Shown: one piece after another, positions 1-8,909 of the stretch
How the letters are laid out: every line of letters starts with the position of its first letter
Position numbering within the stretch: position 1 is the stretch's first letter
Source of the DNA: Dehalococcoidia bacterium
GTDB lineage: Bacteria; Chloroflexota; Dehalococcoidia; Lucifugimonadales; UBA1127
Direction: 5' to 3'
Length of the DNA: 64,000 nt
NCBI GenBank assembly: GCA_965249605.1
Contig: OZ252245.1
Span: forward strand, 830,250-894,249
Position numbers and translations under genes: made by a program
Notes under the pieces: model-generated
Databases searched by the model: none
Told to the model about the DNA's origin: nothing
What the model saw: the letters and a program-made list of their open reading frames with translations, nothing else

Positions 1-147
1 GTGCAGATCTACAACTGGACCAACAGGCCACAGGACTTCCAGTCGCTGGCAGCCGCGGCCATCATCGTTCTACTGGTGATGCTGCTCTCCATGAACGCTG
101 TGGCCGTCTACATCCGGAACCGCTTCCAGAAGCGGTCTGAGGAGTAG
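1..147 (+). CDS. C-terminal fragment of an ABC-transporter permease, PstA-like (phosphate); the gene starts upstream of the window
   Basis: Frame 1 is open from the window edge to TAG at 145-147: [48 protein letters not shown]. It has a final TM helix plus a basic tail, as in PstA-type permease C-termini. It is absent from the ORF track because it has no start in the window. Confidence 0.5.
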   Translation: MQIYNWTNRPQDFQSLAAAAIIVLLVMLLSMNAVAVYIRNRFQKRSEE

Positions 148-185
148 TCCGGCTCAAGCTATTCAACAAGATAATTACGAATAGG

Positions 186-219
186 ACAGGCCCCGGCAGC
201 ACCCCCCGGGGCCTGTTTC
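186..219 (+). terminator. Stem-loop downstream of the permease fragment
   Basis: Perfect 11-bp stem: acaggccccgg (186-196) pairs with ccggggcctgt (206-216), followed by ttcc. Confidence 0.45.
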
Positions 220-319
220 CGTGCCTGCGGCGATTCCTTGACGCCCCAATGTGCCAAACCGATACTGTAGCTACGAAGATCCCTTGGCGGTGAACTGCTT
301 CCGCAGCGAGGAGTGAGCC

Positions 320-2602
320 ATGACGACAACAGCGCCCACACCCAGAGTCATCGGCACGCGTACGCCCAAGGTGGACGGCGTCGAAAAGGTGACGGGCCGC
401 GCCCAGTACGGGGCGGACGTGCAGCTGCCCGGCCTGCTCGTCGGACGAATCCTGCCCAGCCCGCACGCCCATGCCCGCATCGTGCGCATCGACACGTCCG
501 CCGCGGAGGCCCTGCCGGGCGTCATGGCGGTTGTCACGGGTGCGGACTTCCCGCTGCCGTCACCGGGTACGGAGACCCCCTTTGGGACGGCCACCGAGCG
601 AAGCTACTTCACCGCGCAGGAGGTCATCGCGCGAGACAAGGCGCTGTACCACGGGCACACCATCGCCGCGGTGGCGGCGCGGACGGCGGAGGCGGCGGAG
701 CGGGCGCTGGAGCTCATAGACGTCGAGTACGAGCCACTGCCACCAGTACTTGATGCCGTGGTGGCGATGCTGCCCGGCGCGCTCGTCCTGCACGACGACC
801 TCTTCACCAAGTCGCCTGAGGGCATCGCGTCCGATCCGAGCAACGTCGCCGAGCAGGTCGTGTTCGAGCGCGGGGACGTCGGCGCGGGTTTCGCCGAGGC
901 CGACGTCGTCGTCGAGCGTGAGTACAAGACGCAGGTTGTACATCAGGGGTACATCGAGCCGAACGTGGACTCCGCCTATATGGACCCGCAGGGCAACGTG
1001 ACGGTTTGGGCCAACACGCAGGGCATCTTCGGGCAGCGCCGCGACATCGCAATGATTGCGGGCGTGCTGCCCAGCCGCGTCAAGGTGGTCCCGACGGAGG
1101 TCGGCGGGGCATTCGGCGGCAAGACCAACGTTCGGTGCAGCGCGTTGGCCGTCGCGCTCTCCCGGAAGACGGGGATGCCGGTGCGCGTTGCCCTCAGCCG
1201 CGAGGAGGTGTTGCGCACGGCGGGGCCGGGCAACGCCATCACCTGCCGCGTCAAGCTCGGCGCAAAGTCCGACGGGACGCTGACCGCCGTAGAGGGCAGC
1301 TTCGTCTACGACGCGGGCGCCTTCCCCGGCGCGCCGGTGCGGCTGGCTATCCGCCGCGTGTTCTCCCACTACCGTTCCGCCAACCTCCGCGTGGAGGGCT
1401 TCGACGTGCTGACCAACCACGCGCACGTGCACGCCTACCGTGCGCCGGGTGGCACGCCGACGGCCTTCGCGCTCGAGTCGGCGATGGACGAGCTGGCAGA
1501 GGCGCTTGGCATGGATCCGCTGGAGCTGCGCCGCATCAACGTCTCCCACGCTGGCGACCCGATGCCGGACAACGTGCCGCTGACCTCCGTGAGCTTCGAC
1601 CGGGTGCTGGACGCCATTGAGGCGCACCCATGCTGGACGACGCCACTAGAGGGCGCAAATCGCGGTCGAGGGATCGCCCTCGGCATGTGGACGGTGCCCG
1701 GAGGCACGGCAAGCAGCCACATCACGCTGAGCGGCGACGGCTCGGTGGCGCTTGTGCTCGGCACCGTGGACCTGTCCTCCACGCGCACGAGCCTCGCGAT
1801 GGTGGCGGCGGAGCTGCTGGGCATCGACATGCGGGACGTGCGGGTCATCATGGGCGATACGGACATCGTGGGGTACTCGGACTCCAGCTCTGGCGACATG
1901 GTGACGTACGTCGCCAGCCGCGCGGTGCGGGAGGCGAGCATCGACCTGCTGGGCAAGATGAAGGCGGTGGCAGCGGCGCACTTCAGCGTCGACGTGGCCG
2001 ACATCGAATACGCCGACAAGCGCTTCTACGTGCTGGGCGCTTCTGAGATGGCCATCGGCTGGGCGGATGTGGCGCAAAAGGCCCCGGGCAGCGGAGGCGC
2101 GCTGGTGGGGTACGGCAGCGTAAACACGCCGTCGATGAACCTGGGCGTGCTGGCGCCGAACGCCGCCGCGCACGTTGTCGACGTTGAGGTTGACCCGGAC
2201 ACGGGCAAGGTTGAGCTGCTGCGCTACACGGCTTTTCAGGACGTGGGTCTCAGCGTCAACCCGGACCAGGTTGAGGGGCAGGTGCAGGGCGGCGTCGCGC
2301 AGGGCATCGGATGGGCCCTGCACGAGGAGTACGACTTCGACGAGAGCGGCGTGTTGCGCAACGCGACGCTGCTGGACTATCGCCTGCCGACGTCCCTGGA
2401 CGTGCCTCCCATCGAGACGGTGGTCCTGGAGGAGGCGGCCCCGGAGCACCCGTTAGGCATTCGGGCCGCGGGACAGGTGCCCATCGTGCCGCCGGTCGCG
2501 GCCATCGCAAACGCCATCCGCAATGCAACGGGCGCGCGTATCCGTCGGCTGCCAATGAAGCCGGAAACGGTGTTCTGGGCGCTGCAGGAGAACAGCAAGT
2601 AG
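320..2602 (+). CDS. Xanthine dehydrogenase / aldehyde oxidase / CO-dehydrogenase family molybdopterin-binding large subunit
   Basis: 760-aa ORF. The N-terminus VIGTRTPKVDGVEKVTGRAQYGADVQLPGLLVGRILPSPHAHARIVRID is the classic a/b-hammerhead start of this family. Family-typical blocks continue to the C-terminus (GQVQGGVAQGIGWALHEE). Confidence 0.9.
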   Translation: MTTTAPTPRVIGTRTPKVDGVEKVTGRAQYGADVQLPGLLVGRILPSPHAHARIVRIDTSAAEALPGVMAVVTGADFPLPSPGTETPFGTATERSYFTAQEVIARDKALYHGHTIAAVAARTAEAAERALELIDVEYEPLPPVLDAVVAMLPGALVLHDDLFTKSPEGIASDPSNVAEQVVFERGDVGAGFAEADVVVEREYKTQVVHQGYIEPNVDSAYMDPQGNVTVWANTQGIFGQRRDIAMIAGVLPSRVKVVPTEVGGAFGGKTNVRCSALAVALSRKTGMPVRVALSREEVLRTAGPGNAITCRVKLGAKSDGTLTAVEGSFVYDAGAFPGAPVRLAIRRVFSHYRSANLRVEGFDVLTNHAHVHAYRAPGGTPTAFALESAMDELAEALGMDPLELRRINVSHAGDPMPDNVPLTSVSFDRVLDAIEAHPCWTTPLEGANRGRGIALGMWTVPGGTASSHITLSGDGSVALVLGTVDLSSTRTSLAMVAAELLGIDMRDVRVIMGDTDIVGYSDSSSGDMVTYVASRAVREASIDLLGKMKAVAAAHFSVDVADIEYADKRFYVLGASEMAIGWADVAQKAPGSGGALVGYGSVNTPSMNLGVLAPNAAAHVVDVEVDPDTGKVELLRYTAFQDVGLSVNPDQVEGQVQGGVAQGIGWALHEEYDFDESGVLRNATLLDYRLPTSLDVPPIETVVLEEAAPEHPLGIRAAGQVPIVPPVAAIANAIRNATGARIRRLPMKPETVFWALQENSK

Positions 2603-2659
2603 GGGGCGATTCTTGAATCACCCCCTACTCGGCGCCATACCGTCGACGCCTGCGAGACG

Positions 2660-3805
2660 CTAGCGTCCCCAGAGGGCCTTGGTCGCGATGCCGGCGCCCT
2701 CAACCATTGAGCGGAACTTGCCCCACACGATGTCCGGGTGCACCCTCCCGCCGAGTCCGCAGTCAGTGCCCGCCACGACGTTCTCGCGCCCGACGAGGTT
2801 TGCCAGCCGCTCGATGCGGTCCGCGATGAGTTCCGGGTGCTCGATGACGTCGTTGGTGTGCGCGACGACGCCGGGGATGAGCACCTTGCCGTCGGGGAGC
2901 TTAACATCGCGCCACAGCTTCCACTCGTGCTCGTGGCGCGGGTTCTGGTCGTAGGAGATGCCGGACGACCGGACCTGCAGCAGCAGGTCGACGAACTCGT
3001 TGAGGTTGATGTCCTCCGAGTGGGGGCCGCGCATGCCGCCGTAGCAAATGTGGAGCCGGATCTGTTCCTCAGGGATGTCCTGCAGCGTGTGGTTCAGCAG
3101 CTCCACCAGCCGCCCAATCCGCATCCGAAAGTCGGGCAGCTCCATGCCGAGGGCGTTGAACTTCATCACCGGGGTGTCCACCTGCAGGACGAAGCCGGCG
3201 TCAGTAATGACCTTGTACTCCGCGCGCATGGCCTCGGCGCAGGCGCGGGTGTACTCCTCTTCTGAGCCGTAGTACTCGTTCTGCTCCGGCTGGTAACCCA
3301 CGTTGTCCGGCCCCACGGAGGCCATGAAGCCCTCGGCCACGTCGACTGCCTGGAGGGCGGCCTGGAAGTTCTCAACGTCCGCTTGGATTTCGGCGTGGCC
3401 GGTGTAGGAAATGGGGCTTGTGCAGATTATCTGCCTGGCGGGCGCGGCGCCCCGGTTTCTGGCCAGGTCGGCGAAGTAGCGCTCGTAGTCGCCCTTGACG
3501 CGCTCCGTGCCACGCTCCGTGTTGCCTCCGCCGGTCGCAACTTCACGGAACTCGAAGCCGCTGAGGCGGTCCCGGATGTAGCCCGACCAGCCGGTCTTGT
3601 ACTGCTCGCCGTCATTGATGATGTCCAGGCCCACGTCCGCTTGCTGTCGAACGATGTTGGCGACAGACTCCTTCACCAGCGCCGCCATCGCCGCCTCGTC
3701 GTAGGGCTCCAGGGCCTGCTTGGCGTCGAGCATTGCCCGCAACTCCGGCGGTCGGGGCATGCTGCCGACATGGGTGGTCAGGATCCGGTCCGTGCTGTGT
3801 CTCAT
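2660..3805 (-). CDS. Cobalamin-independent methionine synthase (MetE) C-terminal-domain-like Zn enzyme, single domain (paralog 1 of 5)
   Basis: Start chosen at MRHSTDRILTTHVGSMPRP (ATG 3805, AAGGAG upstream) rather than the track start at 3862. Contains H-x-C (RLHICYGG), NPRHEHEW and TDCGLGG motifs. Confidence 0.85.
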   Translation of the reverse strand: MRHSTDRILTTHVGSMPRPPELRAMLDAKQALEPYDEAAMAALVKESVANIVRQQADVGLDIINDGEQYKTGWSGYIRDRLSGFEFREVATGGGNTERGTERVKGDYERYFADLARNRGAAPARQIICTSPISYTGHAEIQADVENFQAALQAVDVAEGFMASVGPDNVGYQPEQNEYYGSEEEYTRACAEAMRAEYKVITDAGFVLQVDTPVMKFNALGMELPDFRMRIGRLVELLNHTLQDIPEEQIRLHICYGGMRGPHSEDINLNEFVDLLLQVRSSGISYDQNPRHEHEWKLWRDVKLPDGKVLIPGVVAHTNDVIEHPELIADRIERLANLVGRENVVAGTDCGLGGRVHPDIVWGKFRSMVEGAGIATKALWGR

Positions 3806-3916
3806 GAAGTTCTCCTTTGCTGCTTGGGTTCGCCGCCCCGCACGAGGCGGCAGGGCATCCATGGCGGCAGGCGATTCTCGAATCGCCCCTACGGGACCTG
3901 CTTAGGACGCAGGGAG

Positions 3917-4894
3917 CTAGGTGTCCAGGGTGCTGGCGGCCATCCAGTCCTCCAACGAGAGCCGTTTGCTGGTGAGGCCCTGCTCAGCGTTGTACGTCAG
4001 GAACGTGTCGATGGTCCCCATATCGTCCTTGACGCCGTAGGTCCATGGGTCGCCCCACACCTTCTCCTGCTCAACCACCGCCTCCCGCTGGTACATAAGG
4101 GAGAAGCCCGCGCGGTCGTTCACGGCGTCGATGTAGGCGAGCCGCTTGGCCTCAACGAAGGCGTCGAACACGCGGAGGGCCAACTCGGGGTCCTCCCGGT
4201 CCAGCTTCCGGCTCATCACCATCTGGTGCATTGGCGCGTGGATGCGCATCTCGTTCCAGAGGGCCAGGTCCTCTTCCTGGTAGTTGGGGAAGACGCGCTT
4301 CACGTCAGGGCTCGCCTCCAGCATGGCGAAGGCCGCCCCGTCCGAGATGTCCGAGATGATGGCGTCGACGTCCCCCGCCATGAGTCGGTCAAGAGGGCCA
4401 ACGGGCGCCTGGCCGTCAGTCGCCTCGAGAGAGGGCAAAACAGAAGGGCGGTCCACGTGCAGCGGGAAGACGCGCCGGCTGTTGGTGACCTCCCACCTGA
4501 GTGTCGAGATGTCGACGCCGTGCCGATGTTGCAGCAGCCCGGCCGCCCACACGGTGATCGACGTCGGGTACGACCCCGATCCGATGCGCTTGCCCTCAAG
4601 GTCCTTCGGTGTCTCAATTCCGGCGTCGGCGCGGCAGTAGATGAAGGTGTAGACCGGCTTGCGCTTGACCATGATGGGCAGGCCGACGATCTCCCATCCG
4701 GCCTCGATGGCGGGCAGCACGTAGCCGAGGTTCAGGTCCCACAGGCCGAAGTCGCCGGACTGCAGGGCGGGCATTTCGTTGAAGACCATCGCGGCCGTCG
4801 GGCCGGGCGCAAGCTCCACGCCGGGAATCTGGACGCGCCCGTCGAGCAGGGGCATGGTGATGTCGTAGCGCATGGTGGAAATTGGTATCTGCAT
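3917..4894 (-). CDS. 4,5-dihydroxyphthalate decarboxylase (PhtD)-like protein with a periplasmic-binding-protein-type fold
   Basis: 325 aa with GGAGGT 5 nt upstream of the ATG. Blocks match my recollection of PhtD-family proteins: PLLDGRVQIPGVEL, PKDLEGKRIGSGSYPTSITVWAAGLL..HGVD, MAGDVDAII. Confidence 0.6.
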   Translation of the reverse strand: MQIPISTMRYDITMPLLDGRVQIPGVELAPGPTAAMVFNEMPALQSGDFGLWDLNLGYVLPAIEAGWEIVGLPIMVKRKPVYTFIYCRADAGIETPKDLEGKRIGSGSYPTSITVWAAGLLQHRHGVDISTLRWEVTNSRRVFPLHVDRPSVLPSLEATDGQAPVGPLDRLMAGDVDAIISDISDGAAFAMLEASPDVKRVFPNYQEEDLALWNEMRIHAPMHQMVMSRKLDREDPELALRVFDAFVEAKRLAYIDAVNDRAGFSLMYQREAVVEQEKVWGDPWTYGVKDDMGTIDTFLTYNAEQGLTSKRLSLEDWMAASTLDT

Positions 4895-4936
4895 GGTTCA
4901 CCTCCCAGGCGTTGTATCTTTGAGCGTGCTGAGTCG

Positions 4937-5563
4937 CTAGGCCGGCCGGACCTTCACTGTGCAGTCCCACTCGCTGAGCGGGGCGCAGTGCCACCACCAG
5001 TTGGGCGCCTGCCGCTCCTTCGCACCGAGGGGCACGCGGCCGACGGCATAGAGCAGCGCCTCCCACGGGTCGCCCTCGTCTTGCACCCACGGAAAGAGTC
5101 GGGCGAGCGCCATGGCCGGGATCTCGGGCGGCGGCTCGAAGTCGAGTCCGAGCCCCTGCGCGATGTCCGAAGCATGCACCAGCGTCTCGGTGCATGCCAT
5201 TGCGGCGAATCCGTGTCGGTCGGCGAGCCCCGCTGGGTGGAAGCCGCGGGCGTCCTCCGGCATCGAGCGGAGGACGGCGGCGAGCACGTTGGCCAGCGCC
5301 CGGTGGAGCGTCACCAGTTCGGCTATCGATTGGTCGGGGTTGTTGGCGCGCGCGCCCGGCAGGCGGCTGCGCGTCTCGTTGGCCGCGTTGGAGGCAAGGA
5401 AGATCTGGACGGTGGTGACGTGCTCCAGCGTCTGGCGGCAGTCCCAGTCCAGGTCACCTGCGATGACGGACCAGTCGAGGTCCGCCAGCGTCGCGAAGAG
5501 TTGGTAGGCGATTTCGGCGGCGACTACTACGTCGTCCGGGCCGGGTTCGTGCAGGTCTTCCAT
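4937..5563 (-). CDS. DinB / MDMPI_N-like (mycothiol maleylpyruvate isomerase N-terminal domain superfamily) protein, tandem copy A
   Basis: 208 aa. Has WDCRQTLEHV and HPAGLADRHGFAAMACTETLVH blocks. Family assignment is from motif memory only. Confidence 0.55.
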   Translation of the reverse strand: MEDLHEPGPDDVVVAAEIAYQLFATLADLDWSVIAGDLDWDCRQTLEHVTTVQIFLASNAANETRSRLPGARANNPDQSIAELVTLHRALANVLAAVLRSMPEDARGFHPAGLADRHGFAAMACTETLVHASDIAQGLGLDFEPPPEIPAMALARLFPWVQDEGDPWEALLYAVGRVPLGAKERQAPNWWWHCAPLSEWDCTVKVRPA

Positions 5564-5642
5564 GGAGAAGCGGTCCTCCTCGGTGTGCGGGTCGCGGCTA
5601 TAGTATCACGGGGCCAACGTCGTGCAAGAGGGCCGTCCACAG

Positions 5643-6269
5643 CTAGGCCGTGCGGACCCTCACGTCACCCTTCCACTCGCTTAGAGGCGCGCATTGCCAT
5701 GACCAGTTTGGGGCCCGCCGATCCTTGCCGCCCAGGTCCCGCCGTCCTGCGGCGTAGAGCAGCGTCTGCCACGGGTATCCCTCGTCCTGCACCCATGGGA
5801 AGAGGCGTGCCAGCGACTTCGCGGCGAGGTCCTCAGGCGGCGTGAAGTCGACGCCGAGACCGCGCGCGATGTCCCATGTGTGCACAAGGGTCTCCGTGCA
5901 TGCCATCGCCGCGAAGCCGTAGCGGTCGGCGAGCCCGGCGGGGTGGAAGCCCCGCGCGTCCTCCGGCATGGAGCGCAGCACGGCGGCAAGGACGTTGCTC
6001 AATGCGAGGTGGACCTGGACCAACTCGCCTATAGACTGGCCCGGATTGTTGATGCGAGCGGTTGGACGGCGGCGCTGAGACGGATCGGCGGCGTGAGTGG
6101 CATAGAACAGCTGGACGAAGGCGACGTGCTCCAGGGTCTGGCGGCAGTCCCATTCGAGATCGCCGGCAATGACGGACCAGTCCATGTCCGCAAGCGGGGA
6201 CAGGAGGGCGTAGGAGGCCTCCGCGGCGGCTATGACTTCGTCCGGACCGGGTTCGCGCAGGTCATCCAT
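5643..6269 (-). CDS. DinB / MDMPI_N-like protein, tandem copy B
   Basis: Also exactly 208 aa and colinear with 4937-5563 along the full length (same WDCRQTLEHV, HPAGLADRYGFAAMACTETLVH and APNW.W.CAPLSEW blocks). Confidence 0.55.
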   Translation of the reverse strand: MDDLREPGPDEVIAAAEASYALLSPLADMDWSVIAGDLEWDCRQTLEHVAFVQLFYATHAADPSQRRRPTARINNPGQSIGELVQVHLALSNVLAAVLRSMPEDARGFHPAGLADRYGFAAMACTETLVHTWDIARGLGVDFTPPEDLAAKSLARLFPWVQDEGYPWQTLLYAAGRRDLGGKDRRAPNWSWQCAPLSEWKGDVRVRTA

Positions 6270-6410
6270 GGCGTCGCGCTCCTTCTCAGTGGGCGGGTCG
6301 CCGGCATGGTATCACGGGAGAGAGGGAGCGCGAGGAACGGGCTGCTCGTCGTTGACGGGTCATGGGCTCGCCCTTACGCTGGCTGAGCAAACCAAAACGG
6401 GAGATAACGT

Positions 6411-6740
6411 ATGACGAGGGCAGTCTATCAAGTGCGCCTCATTGTGAAGCCGGAGCTCGAGGAAGAGTTCAATGCCTGGTACGAGGGCTGGTACATCCCC
6501 AAGCTCATGGCGGAGGTTCCACACTTCTTTTCCTGCCATCGCTACGTGGGGGAGTTCGACGGGCACAATATTTACATAACAGACTATGAGACAACCGTCG
6601 AGGACATGGAGACGGCCATCGCGGAGATGCGCGTGCCGGAGCGCGCCCCCGTGAACGCCCTGTTCTACGAGTGGCGCGACAAGGCGATCACGCTCCACGA
6701 GTCCATCCGCTTCACGGAGCGCGTCACGGTGGAGCGCTAG
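6411..6740 (+). CDS. Small hypothetical protein, possibly a dimeric alpha/beta-barrel (EthD/DUF4286-like)
   Basis: 109-aa ORF with G/C-rich third codon positions. Its stop is 1 nt before the next start (6742). The fold guess is weak and from memory. Confidence 0.45.
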   Translation: MTRAVYQVRLIVKPELEEEFNAWYEGWYIPKLMAEVPHFFSCHRYVGEFDGHNIYITDYETTVEDMETAIAEMRVPERAPVNALFYEWRDKAITLHESIRFTERVTVER

Positions 6741-6741
6741 C

Positions 6742-7281
6742 ATGGCGTCGATCGAGGAACGGCTGCAGCAACTGGAGGACCGGCAGGCCATTCGCGACCT
6801 GGTCGCCGAGTACTGCCGCGCCATAGACGACCGCGACCTCGAGGCGTTCGTGGGGAACTACACGGACGACTGCGTCCATCGCCAGCGGGACGGTTCGCTG
6901 CACTTGGAGGGCAGGGCCGCGCTTCGGGAGCACTATGCGGCACGATTCTTACAATACGGTGTCACCCTCCACACGCCGCACGCCCACGTCATCACTTTCG
7001 ACGGGCCGGACAGCGCCCACGGCTGGGTGAGCGGCCACGCCGAGATGGGGCTGCAGGGCGAGGGCTGGCTCGCCGCCTTCCGCTACGCCGACGAGTACCG
7101 CCGCGAGGACGGCGTGTGGCGGTTCGCCAAGCGTGAGCTGAACACCTACTACTACCTGCGCATGGCGGACCTCGCGACGGGCCTTGGCGGCGCTATGCGC
7201 AAGCACTACCGCGGCGAGCTGGGCCCAGCGGACCTGCCGGAGGGCCTAGACACGTACAAGCGCCTGCATGGGCTGGGGTGA
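6742..7281 (+). CDS. SnoaL-like / NTF2-family protein
   Basis: N-terminus IEERLQQLEDRQAIRDLVAEYCRAIDDRDLEAFVGNYTDDCV is typical of SnoaL_4-type NTF2-like proteins. Confidence 0.75.
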   Translation: MASIEERLQQLEDRQAIRDLVAEYCRAIDDRDLEAFVGNYTDDCVHRQRDGSLHLEGRAALREHYAARFLQYGVTLHTPHAHVITFDGPDSAHGWVSGHAEMGLQGEGWLAAFRYADEYRREDGVWRFAKRELNTYYYLRMADLATGLGGAMRKHYRGELGPADLPEGLDTYKRLHGLG

Positions 7282-7333
7282 CCGGGTGCCACTGCTGATT
7301 TTGAGGCCGCACCCATTGTGAGGAGGACAATCA

Positions 7334-7741
7334 ATGTCTACCCAGGACTCTGAGGACTCTGTCCCCATCAGAGAAAGGGTCCGCTTCTGGGAAGAGCAGG
7401 ACAAGATCAACCAGGAGCTCATCCCACGGGTCATTCGCCAGCATGAACTGTTGACCCGCCACATCGGCGAGCACGAGTCCCTGCCTGAGGTGGTCGCTAG
7501 CGCCGTCCATAACGCGGTCACCGCAATGCGCGAAGAGCAAAAGCGTGAGTTTGATACGAAGGTCACACAGATCGCGGCCGCGATAGAGCAACAAGTGGAG
7601 GTTGTCGTAAGCAAGGCAGTTGCGGAATCTGAGCGAAGGGCCCGTCATACACGGAATCTCGTAATCGGCCTAGCTGCGGGGTCCGCTTCAATGGGAGTAG
7701 CTGCAATAGCCATGAGTGCCCTCACACTGCTAGGAAGGTAG
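7334..7741 (+). CDS. Hypothetical tail-anchored membrane protein (coiled-coil N-terminus, single C-terminal TM)
   Basis: 135 aa with GAGGAGG upstream of the ATG. The N-terminal ~105 aa are charged and helical. The C-terminus LVIGLAAGSASMGVAAIAMSALTLLG is hydrophobic and rich in small residues. It lies in a low-G+C stretch. Confidence 0.6.
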   Translation: MSTQDSEDSVPIRERVRFWEEQDKINQELIPRVIRQHELLTRHIGEHESLPEVVASAVHNAVTAMREEQKREFDTKVTQIAAAIEQQVEVVVSKAVAESERRARHTRNLVIGLAAGSASMGVAAIAMSALTLLGR

Positions 7742-7745
7742 CAGC

Positions 7746-8909
7746 ATGTCCATGCAGTCCTCTGAACAGATAGGCGACTTGCAAGAACTTCCAGGCAGCG
7801 CCTATCTGGAGCACCATTCGGCGCAAGAGGTCGTGTCTGATTTGGTGGAAACGGATTCCGCATTATACGTCGCGGAATCCATGTCTGATTCCTCAGAGGC
7901 CTTGTATTCCGCCTTTAGCGGCGGCGAAGTAGACGACAAGGCGCAACAGGCCTATGAGTTGGCCTACCCTAACCAGGCTGAAGAACACACGCTGCACGAA
8001 CATTGGGTCGAACTGGAGGCTCGAGGAGAAGGGTCGACTCAGGGGTTCATAAATGGGCTCAACGGAAAGATGGCAGAAATCGATGCCAAAGAATTCCTGG
8101 AACAACGAGGGTTTCAAAATGTGGAGATAGCCGCTGACCCTACTCAGCCAATTTGGGACATCTCCGCAATCGGCGACAACGGCGAACAAATTTTGTTCCA
8201 GGTAAAGACCGGTTCCGAGAATTACGCCCCAGACGTCGTAGACGCCATGGAATCCAGCCCGAACGTCGAGTTCTTGGTGAACACTGAAATCTACAATTGG
8301 GTTTCTTCAAACCACTCGCACTTGCTTGGCCGGTTGGGAAACTTTGAGGCTGCTTTCGGGCCCGAGTACCAGCAAGTTGAGGGCGTGGAAGATGGGTTGA
8401 CCACCCTGAGCGACAACATGGACATCGACGTCCCAGATGGAGCGACTGACTTTCTCCCTTACGTCGGGGCCATCATTGCCGGTGCGCGCCTCATTTACAG
8501 CGTCGTAAGCACGGAGCGGAACTTTAAGGACGTTGACCGCACCACGAAGAACAAGATTCAGGTCGTACAGACCCTCACACTGATGTCGCGGATGGGCGTC
8601 TCCGCAGTGTTAGCGATTGCTGGAGGACAGGCTGGCGCGGCGGCGGGAGGGATCATCGGAAGTGTAGTTCCCGGCATCGGCAATGCAGTTGGCGGAATAG
8701 GCGGCGGCTTAAGCGGTAGCGTCGCAGGCGCAGGGATGGGCATTTACCTCAACAGGCGCCTGCGACCCCACATGCTCAACTTGGCCCTGGACATAACGGG
8801 ATTAACTAACGTTGACTTGTTCTACTACAAGAACAAGCAGCGCATCGACGAAATAGGTGATTCAATCCAAAGCTCCGCATTCGCACTGGCAGCCCTGCCT
8901 GCAATTTAG
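7746..8909 (+). CDS. Hypothetical membrane protein: acidic N-terminus, PD-(D/E)xK-like (Mrr-type) motif block, C-terminal glycine-zipper TM region
   Basis: 387 aa, starting 4 nt after the previous stop. The central block is GKMAEIDAKEFLEQRGFQNVEIAADPTQPIWDISAIGDNGEQILFQVKTG. The TM region includes AGGQAGAAAGGIIGSVVPGIGNAVGGIGGGLSGSVAGAGMG. The nuclease-fold call rests on motif spacing only. Confidence 0.6.
   Translation: MSMQSSEQIGDLQELPGSAYLEHHSAQEVVSDLVETDSALYVAESMSDSSEALYSAFSGGEVDDKAQQAYELAYPNQAEEHTLHEHWVELEARGEGSTQGFINGLNGKMAEIDAKEFLEQRGFQNVEIAADPTQPIWDISAIGDNGEQILFQVKTGSENYAPDVVDAMESSPNVEFLVNTEIYNWVSSNHSHLLGRLGNFEAAFGPEYQQVEGVEDGLTTLSDNMDIDVPDGATDFLPYVGAIIAGARLIYSVVSTERNFKDVDRTTKNKIQVVQTLTLMSRMGVSAVLAIAGGQAGAAAGGIIGSVVPGIGNAVGGIGGGLSGSVAGAGMGIYLNRRLRPHMLNLALDITGLTNVDLFYYKNKQRIDEIGDSIQSSAFALAALPAI

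Noticed and set aside
3383-5845. An 820-aa plus-strand ORF, the longest in the track.
   Set aside because: It runs antisense to three well-supported minus-strand genes (MetE-like, PhtD-like, DinB-like). Its sequence is low-complexity and Arg/Gly/Ala/Pro-rich, and it has no SD. It is a typical shadow ORF of high-G+C DNA.
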